Assembly (NCBI GenBank): GCA_002633005.1
Contig: NMRA01000453.1
Coordinates: 213,695 to 277,694, forward strand
Source: Phoronis australis
Taxonomy: Eukaryota; Animalia; Phoronida
DNA: 64,000 nucleotides
Reading direction: 5' to 3'
The notes under the pieces were generated by a model. The model did not search any database and was not told where the DNA came from. It worked only from the letters and a program-made list of their open reading frames with translations. A program made the translations under genes and the position numbers. Below, piece by piece: positions 33,601-47,300 of the stretch. Every line of letters begins with the position of its first letter. Positions within the stretch are counted from its first letter, which is position 1.

Positions 33601-36600
33601 TTACTCTTTCAAGGAGTTATCTCTTGAAAAAGGGCAAAATGAGCACTAAATCTAAAGTTATTTGTTAGAATAGGTCATGTAGTCTCTGTTGTTGAAGATA
33701 TTATACCATGTGAGGAGTCAATGGCTTTTGAATTTTGTATTGAATAGTCACTTATAACAGCCTTTTCTTGTCTGACAAAAGATTTTACATCATTAATAAA
33801 ACATACTTTTGACAAAATTCTATTAAGAAGATTGGACATCAACTGTTCCAAGTTTTATCTCCTGTAATTGTGAGCATCTAATTATTTTCCTGTTGATGAA
33901 CATGACCATGGCTGACAGTTATATTCTTGTTCCTTTTAGGGGGTCTCACAGGTGCTATTGAAATATGTATCACATTCCCGACGGAGTACGTCAAGACACA
34001 GCTGCAGTTAGACGAGCGTTCCGGGGCTACCAAACGGTTCAAGGGTCCCATCGACTGTGTCAAAGTTACTGTACGCGAGAAAGGTGTCCTTGGCTTGTAC
34101 AGGGGTCTTAGTGTGCTAGTTTATGGATCAATACCCAAGTCAGCAGTTAGGTAAGTATTATTTTGCCCAAAATTATACCTCTGATCCTGTCAACCCATTT
34201 ATCCAAAACACATCTTTTGGGATCCTTGAAAATATTCAGTTTTAAAAAACCTTTGAACTGTCTCATCTGAGGGTAAAGGTGCCTGTGCCGTCAAAGAGGG
34301 GATTTTTTCCAGTGAGGGGGAAATTAATCCTTCTGCGGTCGCTATGATGCAGTCTGCCCATTTAGTTTACAGACAGCAGAGACTTAATAACCCTGTTCAC
34401 ACCAAAGAGGTTATAACTTTTAAAACGGACTTGAAGGCTTGTCTGAACACTTTAAAACCGATTTTAAAAGTTGTAACTGTAGTGCAGTTGTAACGTCTGT
34501 GAGGTTAGTTTAGCGAGAGACTGTATCTAGATGTAAATGTGACAGTCACAAACGTTATAACTCAGTAGGTGGCGCTGCTGTCAAATCTTATTGGAAGCTG
34601 TGCACTGACTTGGTGGTGAATTAGAAAGTTGACAACACTGAGGACTATCAACTAAAACCAGCAACTAGAGTTATGTGAAGAGTAACGATTACATAACAGT
34701 TAAACTGTTGGAAGAGTTACAACCAAGTTTGGTTGGTCTGAGCTTACCACAATGTCTACATCAGTAATAAACCAATTTGTAACCTATTGAGGTAGAACAA
34801 ATTGCTTAGATAAGCAAAGGACTATACCATGGCCAAATTTGACTGCCTAGATAGATAGATACAAAGCAATTTTGGGTTTGTTGCCCTAACCTTTACTTAT
34901 TGTTTAAACTCTTGTTCCTGAACTATTGCAAGAATGGGAAATGCAAATTTTACAATTGATGAATTGAGTGCTTTTTTCTCTTCTTCAGAAATCTTTGTAA
35001 ATGTAGAGTTAATTGAATTTTTATTTTGATATGAAACTGCTGTTTGTCAGAAATGTAACTAAGAGCAATTCTTTGATGATCAGAACTATACTTGTCATGC
35101 TGGTCTAGAAAAAGTGTATGGTACTGAACTGAATTTTGTATATTATGTATGAAAAGTATGAAATCTGTTGGAGAGTGAATTTTACAACAGATTGTTAGCG
35201 AGTTTGATAAAATTCTTTTTAACTTTCAGTGTTGATCTAGATGATTTTTGATTCTTAGATTTTGCCATATTACCAAGTGAACAGTGCAATGATGCTGTTT
35301 GTATGAGAATACCAATGAATGGAGATGTGGAAAAAGAATTTTTTTGTTTTATACTATGAGCACATCTTAACAAAAACACAATAATTATCATCTATAGATG
35401 GTAAGTTTAATCACAAATTTGATATTTTTTTAGTTTTTTCAGTTCATTTCGATTTATCTTAGATTTTCAGGTAAGCCCAGTATGCCAAACCACACTAATC
35501 CTTTGAGATAAAGGAGTTATGTAACCGCTTCACTGTCCCGCTGTTTTGTTTTTGCTAGTTTGTAAAGCATGCAGAGTCCATTGATTATTGTTCACTTAAA
35601 GCAGATCCAAAAATGAAACCTACCTATGACATACTGGAAAGACAGTCCACGGACAAGTCTCCGTTATGCCCAACTCGCAAGTGGTTTATCTTGTAATCAC
35701 CAAAAGTATATATAATAGCTAGTTGCCCACCTTAACCCACTTCCCATTAACACCATGTCATTCCACCTGCCAGTTCTGTCAACTGCCTGCATTTTAGAAC
35801 TACTTACAATTACACAACGTGGACATCATCCTATCAACAAATCTACTCCCCCACCCACCCGGGCATTGCCTTCAATAGCCAAAACTAATATTATTTTAAA
35901 AGGATGTTTTGACTCAACAGAGAAGACACACACTTCTTAGGTAGACAGTAGCATCACTGTCCCAATCAGCCCCAAGCAGAGACGGTGGCCATCCCATAGG
36001 CCCTCCATATGTCGAAAGGTTTTCGCCAAATTATGCCTCACACTGATTAAACCATCAACATCACGTTGCTATAAGTACCATTGCGACACGGTCAAATTTG
36101 GCATTCAGTGTATTTCTCAAATTTCAGACAGCGACATTGGCCGTAATTGTCACATTTCGTATCGTGCGCTTTCTCGCATGATCAGTGATCGTGATTATTT
36201 ACTCATCATTTAAAACTGCCACCGGTGTAATGTATGGATCCATGTTGAAGTGTATCGTTATCGATATGTATGGTTTGTATATATCTCGCTTGTTTTCTTG
36301 GCAGTCATAAAATATTTGCCACGTTTGAACACGGTTTCACTATGCAAATGAAATGTATGTAGACCTGCCAAGTCTCATGTATCTCGCGTGACTCTCACGC
36401 ATTTGGCCACTGCCTCACACACTCACGTGAGCCTTAAGGTATCTCGCGCAAAATTAATTTTTTGGTCGTAAATTTTCAAAAACCTAGTTTTCTATGCTTA
36501 TATCATGGTTATATGATCCTTAGCGGTGTTGACAATGAGTCGAGTGACATGCGGAGCAATCTGCCACCTAGTGCTACTGATTAGCCAATCACAATGACAA

Positions 36601-39600
36601 TTTTAGGATATATAAAGTTTGATAGTGAAGATATCGCCTGGAAGCTCAAGCAAAATTTGAGCAAATTTGTCCAATCTCAAGCAAAATTTCAACCAACCGC
36701 CAGCAAAGTTGTTATACGCCCTTGGCAGGTCTGTGTATGTTCTCTGACTTTTGTGTAATCGCCTCAGTGTCACGCTTTGGGTTTGTATTATTAGCCAATC
36801 ACTAAACACCGGTGATGAGACCGTTGTGTTACCAAGTTCAATCCTAGGTTCACAGCTTCAATTTTTTCTGCGAACCTGCTGTCCACTTACCTTCCTCTCG
36901 ACGCCCTGACCTCCGCTATCTCATGTGCCGGAATTGGTGAAACGGTGTTGTTCAGTGTCAAGTTAATAAAACAGACTTTGAGAAAAACAAAAGTCCATGT
37001 CTTAGTTTGTCATGCAGTATATGTTAAAAATGTTCATGTCGTACATATATCTTCATATCTCCCTACTGACTAAGCCTATTTTGTATTCTACACAAAATAT
37101 TGGGCTCTCTCGCACAAAGGTTAAGAATTTTAAGCCATCTAAAACAGGATGTGAACCTATTAATCTTTAGTCAAAGTTTCTCCGTTTCGACCCATCCCCA
37201 CTCCCTTTCATGCGTCATTTGACCCATGGTGTGTGATTTGTAAAATGAAACCTGGGCTGTGGCAGACATCAATCTAAATCGGCATACACGCATAAAAAGT
37301 AAATTAGAGTACTATCAGGCTGGAGTGAACATAGGACACTCAAATAAAAGTACAACTGCTACAGCAGTACCAGGAATGTAAGAGGGCCAAGATTATTGTA
37401 ACGAACTGCTTTTATATTAAAGCATAATTAGCGTCAAAGAAGCTAACGCCCTTGTAACCGGCTACTTGAACAAGCACTTGCGGTTAGAACAACGTAAGCT
37501 CTACCTGAGTTAAATTGTGATCTGGTGTACTGCTATGTTTCGGAATAAAAAACTCCATATTTTTATTGATAGAATATACCCCAGTTGCATAAAGCAACAG
37601 TTCTATAATTGTCGGATACCTAATGTCCAGCTAAGACTGTGAGGACCTTACTTAAATGTATCTCGTTGGTGGGAACCCTTTTTCAGCGGTCTGTTTGAGT
37701 GACAGGTGAAAAATAAGTATGTCGCATGCGCTGCCCCAGAAGCAAACCAGGGTTACATAAACTGCTGTCGCATCGTCTGTGTTTGGTTTGCGAACACTTT
37801 AGCGTGAAGGCATTGAGCATCCATGCCATTGGGATATTACGAATAATCGGTCAAGGCTGTTGCACAACAAATATATATATTTCCTATCTCAAAGTTTGGT
37901 AAATCGATTGTGTTCAGAGCCAGTAACATCGCTGTTTATGTTTTGAGGTCGTGTGAATTTCTTGTCAACAATAACGATCACAAATCTACCGCGTGGCTGT
38001 TCAAACGGTCTGAAACCGCAAATCGAAACATTGTCGGCAGCCGACTGCATATTCTAAGATTTTGGACGTCTTTCTCATATTTCTTGAATTTCGGACGGCC
38101 AATATTGCATATTTCTAAAATTTCGGACAGGTTCAAAATAATTATTTTTCGCTGTCCTAAATTTGGGAATTTTTGCCGTACTGTTTATTCTGAATTTGTT
38201 TGTTAACTCTTGCAGATTTGGTGCATTTGAGGAACTTAAGAAAAGAAATTTAGACGAGAATGGCAAGTTGTCACCTGGCCGAAGGTTACTTTGTGGCTTA
38301 GGTAAAGTGAAGGAGTTATGAATGATAAAGCATGTATTTGGCATAAAATCCGATCAATTACCAAATTGTAATGAATGAATGTTCTATTGTTGGACACCAC
38401 CTGATCAGTGATGTTAAAATCTTTTTTGTTATTTCTCTCACTACTTACCGTGTTTGGGTTAAACCTTGTCACACACAGTTTAGTAAAATGCAGTACATTC
38501 AGTTTGGTTGTGTGAAAAAAAATGTGCATAAAACCTGTCTGTAAAATGAGCATTTTTACCTTTTGCAGACGATGAGTATAAAATCTATGTAACAGGTGTG
38601 CTTATGTGTTATTAAATTGTTAAGTGACCGCATAATGTTAGAAAGAGCTTTGTTTAATGTGGTATACAACAGAACATTTCTTTTTTGTATTTGTTGATTT
38701 TGTAATATTTTGAAAAAGTTAATATCATTCTAAAGTAACACATTGCGTTATTTACAGTGGTTCAATGAGGAATTCTTATTTTTGCCAGGTGCTGGTGTCT
38801 CTGAAGCCATCCTTGCCGTAACCCCTATGGAGACTGTAAAAGTGAAGTTCATTCATGATCAAAATTCAGCCAATCCAAGGTTCAAAGGATTTTTTCACGG
38901 TGTGCGAGAAATCGTGAAAGAACAAGGTGAGTCTTCAAAGCCTTATAAGTGCTAATAGTATTCTGAGGAACAGTCACTGTCTGTCTGAGATTTTAGAGAA
39001 ATAATTCGTAGTGCACATTCCTCATGGTACCTTCAAATTTCCAAGAAACAAAAACTAGCGAAGGTAAGGGTCACACCTGTGAAGTCAATAACTCACATAT
39101 TAGGTGGTGTCAAGGGAACTTCCTAAAGATAGCATTCTGGACTTTCTATTCAAAGCCCATAGGGGGTAATTAAAATTATATTCTCAGTGAGGACCATAAG
39201 CCCTTTGTTAATCTGTGTTTACTCACACAGGTCAACTAAGACAGTTGCATGAGCAAGCGGTTCACAACGAACTGCTTTCACTGAACTTGCATGTCAGTTT
39301 CTAAACCCAAAATCGACATTTCAGTGACACACTCAGTCAAGTACCCAGACTGTGTGCATTTCCATGCCTTGTCTACTACTCTTCAACAATTATTTATCCA
39401 AACTTTAAATCTAGCAAACAAGATGGTGTTCATTGATTTTCTTGACTTTATTTGTGTCCAACTGTGTGTATAACTATTCAACTTCCGAGTCAGTGTCTCA
39501 TGAGGAGGGTCATATTCTGAGTACATATACTTTGGAGAGATTTCAACTTACCCGACAGGGTAATAATTTTCACTTCTCAAAAATTAAAAGAGGGCGGAAC

Positions 39601-42600
39601 ATAGGGGACACACGCAAACAACTGGAAACTCTTTTCATTGGGAGTTTTGAGTTGACTTCTTTAAGGTTTTTTTTTGAAATTTAGAGCTGAATTTAAATTT
39701 CACCACTTAAAGCACAATTACTATGGATGGGGTTACATGTCCACAAGTCATCTGTGATGTAACCAGATTTTCACGAGTCAACAACTGTCCCACAATGCAT
39801 TTGAGAAATGACAGTAGTGCTGCAAATGAAATTCCTCCAGTTGAATTTGGGAATTACTGTAACCAGTGAGAGCAACCGATTGTCATGACTGAATTAATGA
39901 AGGATGGGCAGTTAATTCAAGCAATTGCTTTTGCTATGTTAATATGAGATAATGGTGTACCCCTATGGAAAAACCCAATGAGGGTAATAAGTATCCGCAC
40001 GCAAATTTCAATTGCTAATTAACGGAAGACTAAATGAAGTTTTTCAAAGGTTCAGCATGAAATGCATTAAGGAGGGAGTCATGATCGATAACAAATCAAA
40101 TTTAAAGACAAAATATTGATATTTATCTGTATTGTAATATTACACTTCAGTTTGGGACAAAGTGGGGAAAGTCCCTTTTTAAATGGGAAGCAATTGTATA
40201 TTGATTCTGTGTGTGTGTGTGTGTGTGTGTGCGTGTGTGTGTGTGTGTGTGTGCGTGCGTGGGTGCGTGCGTGCGTGCGTGCATACATTTGTGCGCTGTC
40301 ATCGATTTTGATGACTTCGTAAAATCTCATCAGTATTGTACAACAGTGATCTTTCATTTTTGTGACTTGACTATTTCTGATTGCAGTGCCAGATCCTTTG
40401 TTTCTTTAAAATGGTGAAGATTGGGGATGCTTGTCAATTATGAAAATGCAGGAAAGGAAATTGCACTTGAATACTGTATAAAAATGTCCTGAAAATTATT
40501 GACATTTTACTGTAGTATGAGCTATGTATGAGGTTACACCTGTTCATGTCAAGAAATGAGTTTATCCCAAGTAAGCAATATCAAAGTGGATAGCAAACTG
40601 CAATAAAGTGAACTTAACACTCACGACAACCTGATTGTATTTGTTTTTTGCTTTAGAATTTGTTCATTGTCATTGTGGTTTGTTTGCGTGTGTTTAGGAA
40701 TACGTGGCACCTACCAAGGTCTCACAGCGACCATGATGAAACAGGGTACTAACCAGATGATGCGTTTCTACGTGGTTGAGACCCTGAAGGAGCAGTACAG
40801 GGGTGGAGACCCTGACAAGTACATACCCAAGCCTGTAGTAGGCGTGTTCGGTGGAATAGCCGGCGCAGTGTCTGTGTTTGGCAACACGCCATTAGATGTA
40901 GTCAAAACTAGAATGCAGGTTGGTCATATTGTTAATGTGTTTTTTTTAGTCAAGGAATTGTGTCTTTTCTGGGCACAGATGAACTTAGTATGTTTTCATT
41001 TGATGGCAGTGATATTCATAAGTTCAAACTGCAAAATGCAGTTTACAGTAGTGTGAATTATCAATTTTTAACAATGCAGTGCATTGTTTCAATGACAAGC
41101 AAGTTAAATATCAGTGGCTAACAGACATTATCAGTGATTGGCAAACTATTCAACCACTAGTTACATTAGGCAAAACATTTTAAGTCTGCACTGCTCTCCA
41201 TCTGTTGGCCACATCACATGACTTTAGTGAATATAGTTACGTAAGTCTGAAAAAAGATTGACATATTCAACTAGTTACATATCAGCCACTTTGTGTCAGA
41301 GATGATGTTTGGTCTCTAATGTTCTGAAGAAATTGGTAGTTTCTCATGCATGAGGTGAAAGTTCAAATCATGAAAAAGACACCCATGTCAATACCAAAAC
41401 ACTTGAAAGATACATCAATTTTAAGATGTGACTCAAAAAGTGACCACAAAAATTGTCAAAAATCATATGCATTTTGATACTGAAATAATGAAAATCCTAG
41501 TAGACTAATTTCATCACCCCCTATGCACTCAGTCATACCACACCTTGTCTTTTGTCATACTCTGAAAACAATTGGTCACTGGTGAATGAGATTTAAGTTT
41601 AATAAATACTAAAATTCAGTTTATCTCTATCGTAGCTTTCTTGGCAACTGTCCCCCTTTGAAGGGTTAGATCATGTGTTCCTCCTCACCATCAAAATGTC
41701 TTGAGTTTTCACGCATGGCCGAATATTGATATTAGATAATTGTGATTTTCCACACCGTATAACCCTAGTGTTTTTCTGCTTTACAAAACAAAAAAAAAAT
41801 ACCACGGGGCATGTTTAGGTGTTACAGCACCCGTATTTTCCCATTTGAACAGAAAAACGCTGTTGGAGTGTTTTTTGGTGTTCATTCTTAATGAAGTTCA
41901 TAACGTGCTGCTTAATCAAGTTTGTGTAGGAGTTTGAAAAACATTAGCTCCCCGTATACCTTAGTCATTTTCGATGTACGTGTGCATATCAGTGCTCTGC
42001 ATTCCCCTTGTCCTTACACTGCTTGTTTTATAATTTCCTGAATACGTCTTTGTGATTGTTGTTTGCAGGGCTTAGAAGCACACAAGTACAAAAATACTCT
42101 AGACTGTGCAATAAAGATATTTAAGAATGAAGGTCCTAGAGCGTAAGTACTGAATCAACTAAGCGTATTCAAGACTTCATAGTTTTAATATAATGAATGG
42201 TCCATCGGCAATGTAACTATTACCTTGGGACATCCCATTTCATGCAATGCCATGTGGGAGTGAATAATTTTATGTGCATACATGCATACGTGCATACATA
42301 CATAAACAAAAAAGTGCATTGGTCTGCTGTAACAATTATTAGCCTTTATACATGCCATGTACCAACATAGTGCGTACACTGAGTATTACATATATGTGTT
42401 GTACTTTAAGTTCATTACGGCGTTTTCCCTGAAAATAAAATACATGACTATGCCGTGTAAGAAAACTAATAATTCTTACTTAATATATACTACAGTAGTC
42501 GATCTGTTTCTATTTTCAGATTCTACAAAGGAACGCTTCCACGACTAAGCCGGGTCTGTTTAGATGTAGCCATTACATTCATGATCTATGATAGTTTCAT

Positions 42601-42634
42601 GGAAATATTCAACAAAGTTTGGGTAACAGACTAA
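21612..42634 (+). CDS. SLC25A1: Mitochondrial tricarboxylate (citrate) carrier, 7 coding exons, 323 aa
   Basis: Exons: 21612-21738, 33940-34150, 38216-38301, 38789-38926, 40698-40918, 42069-42142, 42520-42634. All introns are GT-AG and phases match (972 nt). The three carrier signatures are [20 protein letters not shown] and [34 protein letters not shown] and [18 protein letters not shown] are diagnostic of the citrate carrier. Confidence 0.95.
22901..23010 (+). repeat. Dispersed repeat, copy 1 (probable transposon end)
   Basis: Homologous to 35979-36090: gagac.gtg...cc.atagg..c.tcatatg..g...ttttcgccaaattatgcctca...gattaaa..at...tcac.ttg.tataagtac. Confidence 0.7.
24568..25991. repeat. Cluster of diverged ~195-bp repeat units, each with two AACTTCG...CGAAGTT-type hairpins
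   Basis: Units at ~24568-24763, ~24795-24931 (partial), 25501-25642 (cut by an N) and 25787-25991. The best hairpin, GTTAACTTCGGTC-CTT-GATCGAAGTTAAC, is at 25566-25594 and 25852-25880. Confidence 0.75.
28851..29123. repeat. Minisatellite, 29-30-bp unit x ~9.3, with an internally palindromic unit
   Basis: Consensus GCTGCTAGCATGTGTAAA(A/G)AGGCA(C/T)GCAT. A 30-bp variant containing AAAGAACACACGCAT occurs at units 4 and 7. Confidence 0.95.
35979..36090 (+). repeat. Dispersed repeat, copy 2 (homologue of 22901-23010)
   Basis: Identical 21-bp core ttttcgccaaattatgcctca, with similar flanks. Confidence 0.7.
36361..36732. mobile_element. MITE with 12-bp perfect TIRs and a target-site duplication (hAT-like)
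   Basis: AGACCTGCCAAG at 36361-36372 and CTTGGCAGGTCT at 36721-36732. The flanks ATGTATGT and GTGTATGT match at 7/8. There is no coding capacity. Confidence 0.8.
40208..40282. repeat. Compound microsatellite (TG)n(GCGT)n
   Basis: Directly visible; it explains the spurious CVCVCV/THTHTH ORFs. Confidence 0.95.
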
Positions 42635-43508
42635 ATGTTGTCTACCTCTAATTGGTCTAGAAGCACCTGATACTTAGACCTGATTGAAACTCTTTTGTAG
42701 TGAAGCTGCAGATGGCTGGCTGCAGGTGTTTCGCATGTTAATGCTTGGTGTTTAGGGCTAACTGCCAGATTACAAAACTGATAGTGTCTTATTTTTAATT
42801 ATGAGTGGATGTGAGGTTAGAATGACATTTTCAAGTTGCTTGTTACATTTTAGTTGGAGTCAAGTTTGTGAGTTGCTCATATCACGTTAATTTTGTCGTT
42901 GAAGTACCACACAACTTTGTGAATGGTTTAAGGTGACAAGTTGATTTTTGTAGCTATTTTATCTAATGATTTGGAAATAATTTTGATTATGTTGATTTTG
43001 GTAGGAACTGTGAGTTCCCTTTTTGTCTTCCAATGATTTTAAGACATGTATTTTGTAATTACTCTCCCCTGTTACAAGGGGAAGAACTCTCGTGTGTTAT
43101 TTTCCTCTTGTTGTGTGAGTTTCTTGTGATTACATCGGCAGTAGCGCTTTGCAAGTAGGCTCAAGACTTAACTGGTATAGACTGACCCAATGTCTGCCAT
43201 TGAAATGATCGGGTGGCGAAGCAGGAATGTTTGATTATGCAAGTTAACTCTCTATTTCCTGTCCATAAGCCAAGAGTTGTCATAATGAATGTGACTGTGC
43301 AAGTGTCTTGTGTCGCAGTATGTGTCCCAGGTGTTCAGTCTAAAATGAGAAATTTAGCAGGTAACTCACATCCTTTGGTGTCTGTTTCAGTAAGAAGTCC
43401 TTAATTTTGTCACCCAGAAAATACCTTTCGTGAAAATAATTCTCTTTCTAAAAAGAAATATCGTGAAAATAACCTTTACCAGTGAGTGGTCAAAAGTTGA
43501 GATTTTAC

Positions 43509-44300
43509 TTTTTATGCACCCACATATTTGCATGTGGGGGCATTATGCTGTCATTCCTGTCCATCCGTCTGTCCGGCATCCGTCCATCTTTCGGCATCCG
43601 CTGCTCTATCTTCAAAACCTTTATATGTATGTTTGTGAAGTTTTGCACATTTGTTTCTTTCATGGATGGGACGTCATGAGCAACGGTAATAGAGATGTAT
43701 CCGAGTACCGGTGTCCCTCTAGTGGAAATTTGTTTGTTACATTTACCTAATCTTCAAAGGTTCTCAACGGACTTTCATAAAATGTGGCAAATAGACATCT
43801 ATTATTGAGATGAGGATATCCTACTGTTTTTGTGAATGGATTTGAGATATTTTGCGGCACCTAGTGGCCACTTTACTGTTTTTGAGTCTGTTTTTGGCGT
43901 CTGCCCCTCTATCAGCCAAACCACTGTAAGGATGGTTGTGAAAATTGGCATATATGATCCCACTTTGAAGAGAACGGCTGATGATGATTTTCCAATGACT
44001 TCTGCTACTGTGGCGTCTCCTTGTGGCACTTTTGTTTTTGTGCCCATGACTGTTTCCTAAACCCTCTGCAGGATCTTTATTACATTTAGCAAGTGTAGAA
44101 GTTGAAAACGGATGACATGACTTTTGGACGGAGCCGACAAATGCTGTGTCCCCTGCTGGCAATTTTGTTTTTCTCCGTTTCTCTGAAGTCCTTGGCAGAT
44201 TTTCATGAAATTCGGTAAATAGCTTTCTTGTAAAGAAACAGTGACATGGTCACGTTTTTGGATGGATGTGAGATATTTTGCACCATCTAGTAGCCATTTT
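43509..44300 (+). mobile_element. DINE-1/HINE-like non-autonomous Helentron-type element downstream of the SLC25A1 stop
   Basis: A T-run, then a 5' hairpin ATGC.CCCACAT-atttgc-ATGTGGG.GCAT (43514-43543), then a (GTCC/ATCC)n-type microsatellite (ctgtccatccgtctgtccggcatccgtccatc), then diverged internal repeats (ggat.tgagatattttgc...ctagt.gcca.tt near 43838 and 44263). The 3' end is not resolved. Confidence 0.6.
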
Positions 44301-47300
44301 TAGTGTTTAGTATTTGCACACAAGATGCAACTTTGGAAATCATTTGCCATGACTTTAAACTAAAAACTTAAGGTAACTGTGAAGTAACTTAAATATGTGC
44401 TAACTGGTCAGTATTTTGTGATGTGAAACTGGTGCCTCGGGGTCTGACAACGGATCCTTAAAACAAGATTCACTTGTAGAAATGTCAAAAGATATGTTTT
44501 TGGTAATGAGATAATCTTATTATAAAAGGAATATGTAATTAGTCACATACTTTACTATATAAATAAGTGTATCAGTAGGCCTGAATCAAGATTGGCAGTT
44601 GTGGGGTGAATAATTTATATTGAGTTCACCAGAGGGCAGTGCCTGCCAAGAGAGGAACAGACATGGGTTTCATAATGTTTAAGAGGTGAATTCAGCTGCT
44701 ACAGATTCCTTTGTGGTGCCTCTGTGTTTATGTCAACTGGTTGACAAAAGTAGGTCTTTTGAGGTTTAATATGTTGCATCTTTGAATGGGTGATGCAGAC
44801 ATTTTGATCTTTGATTCAAGACATTGCATAATGTGCAACCATTAATCTCTGGTATTGTAATTAATGCTGTTTTATTGGGAATTGAAATTATTTTGGGTTA
44901 TTGCTATTTATAATTAATTGTACATAATGTCTAGTGACTGTCGTGTCCTGTGCCATTGGTGTCAAATAGTTTCAATATACACCCTGATTTTAGCTGTTGC
45001 ATATGAAGTGTTATCAACTTCTACATAATGCCTTGGTTCTAGTGAAAACTTTTAAATATACAGTATTGCAAGAAAATTTCAACAAACTATTCCACACACA
45101 TTACATTCTGCACAAACTTGAGTTAAAAGTAACTATCTACTTACTTCACAGAAAATTAATCTCCTTGTCAGACTGGTAACCTTGCTGGAAACAAAGGAAA
45201 CCTTATCCAATGTTTTTATGAAATCTACACAGTGCAAGCCATACTATATTTGTTGAGAAACTTGACAAAATAGAATTCCATTTTGGGCTTAAGAAGTGGT
45301 GAACTACTGCAGCAGTGTATTTAACCTTAAATTATAAAACTCAAAAATTGGTATGGTCATTTTAACTGGACATTGACTAATAATTACAAAATGTTTCTAA
45401 AATTTGGGGAGAGTATATAACCTCATGGCTATAGTTTCAGGATAACATTTGTAGAAGGCTTGGCCAACTGCTTTATATCAGCAAGTCCTGTAATGAGTTC
45501 CTGATAATATGTATGAGTTAACTACATGCAACAAAATGTCTCAATCTTGAAATGTCTACAGTTACAGACAAAATTTCCTGAAGAAAATCCGATGAAAAAT
45601 AATGCCAAAAAGATTTTGCCATGAATGCTTTGAATGATTGCAGATGGTTTTCAGTAATCCTTAAAGGCTTTCGGTATGACCATATTTTAATACATAAATC
45701 AATCAAGTAAACAGTTAAAACCGTTACTTGACTGATCCTTTAGTATATTTTGTGACTAAAAAGCAAGAGTGAAGATTGCAACATCCACAGAATAGCAAAC
45801 ACTTCAATTGATCCTTTGCCAAGAACAAACAGTGGCAACAAAGAGAAGGTGGTGTTAGTGTGGTTATGGACATTGGGAGATTACAAATGACAGGTATTGC
45901 AAAACTGGAGCTATTTGGCAACACAAGGAATCAATGACGAATTTAATCATTACAGAGAAAGTTATTTTTGTAGAAAGTGTGCTGGTTCTACAAATCAGGG
46001 CTTGGAATGACCCATAGAGGAATCTATCGTTCTACAAATAAATAGGATGGAAATACTTATGTGCTGTAAAATTTAACTGCAAGAAACATGTTTTGCATGA
46101 ATGTCGAAATGATAGCTGAAAAAAGACGATTAACTTGAAATCGAATAAGAGGAAATTGAAACCAAAAAGAAGAAATCCTCAAAAGAGGAAAATTCCAAGC
46201 CCTGTCGTACAAATTCCAGCAAATTGACCAAGTCGTTGGACACATTTTGTTTCGGAAATCAACATAGTCAGTATTGGACCGTCAAGAAGTGGACTTTCCA
46301 AGTATTATTGTATAGCCACTACCACATCACAGCACTCTCTGAATCACTGATATTTATGCCTGCGGAAAACCAAAATGGGGAAAAAACTTAATTTACTCCA
46401 AAGACGCTCTACGGTCTCTGTTTACTCCGAAGAAATTGAAATAATGGCTAAAACAAGAATTTTAGTTAATTCTCCGCAATAAAATAAATTCACGGGGATT
46501 GCTTTTTTCACTGCAGAAATTACTTCAGATACAAAAAATAATATCGCATCAAGAAATAGGAGTGCAGAAAAAAATAGCATACTACAAAAATGTAACAGCG
46601 AAAACGTGACCATGATGGAACAAAAAACAAAGCAGAAATGAAGTTCACATGCCAGGAAAATTACGACCACTCGACATGAGACCATAAAAAATGATGACCT
46701 CATTCACATGAAGATAGCTGAGCTAGATGGTGAATGTTTCAGAGGTAATAAGACAGAACTGGTATGTACAATAGGCAATCATCCGCATTTCAACTGAATA
46801 CACAAAGGTTTGTACAAAGTCATGTATTTGTTGGCAAGACATTTGTTCAACATTAAGACCTTGTGTAACTGGTAGCATCACGTGGAGGTCAGTCACATGC
46901 TCCTAGATGGTCATATGCTCACAAGCTCCTGACATGGATAACTTTGTTGGCACATGATTCGGTCCTGGCAATTTGGTAAGAAATATTTCCGATGAGTTAT
47001 TTATGGATGTAAAAAGGTCCTGGCGTATATTTTAGTTTCAATTTGAATTAAAATGCTGGTTTGGCATAGTTGTTTTCAGTCCTGCACAATGAAAATCATG
47101 TTTTGGGCTTTATTTTAATTCATGCATAGAAAAAGTATTTTGGAATTTTTTCTACTTTGGCTTTCCATAGCCAACCACTGGACAGTACTGCTAAGCTGAT
47201 CAATATTTCACACTTTTCCTCACCAAGATTATCAAATTTAACAAACGACATAATGTTTGAAATTCTGAGTGAGGTGTGATAAATCAGCTCCCGGGTGTGA

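Noticed and set aside
40079-40417. ORFs with CVCVCV/THTHTH runs
   Set aside because: They are translations of the (TG)n microsatellite.
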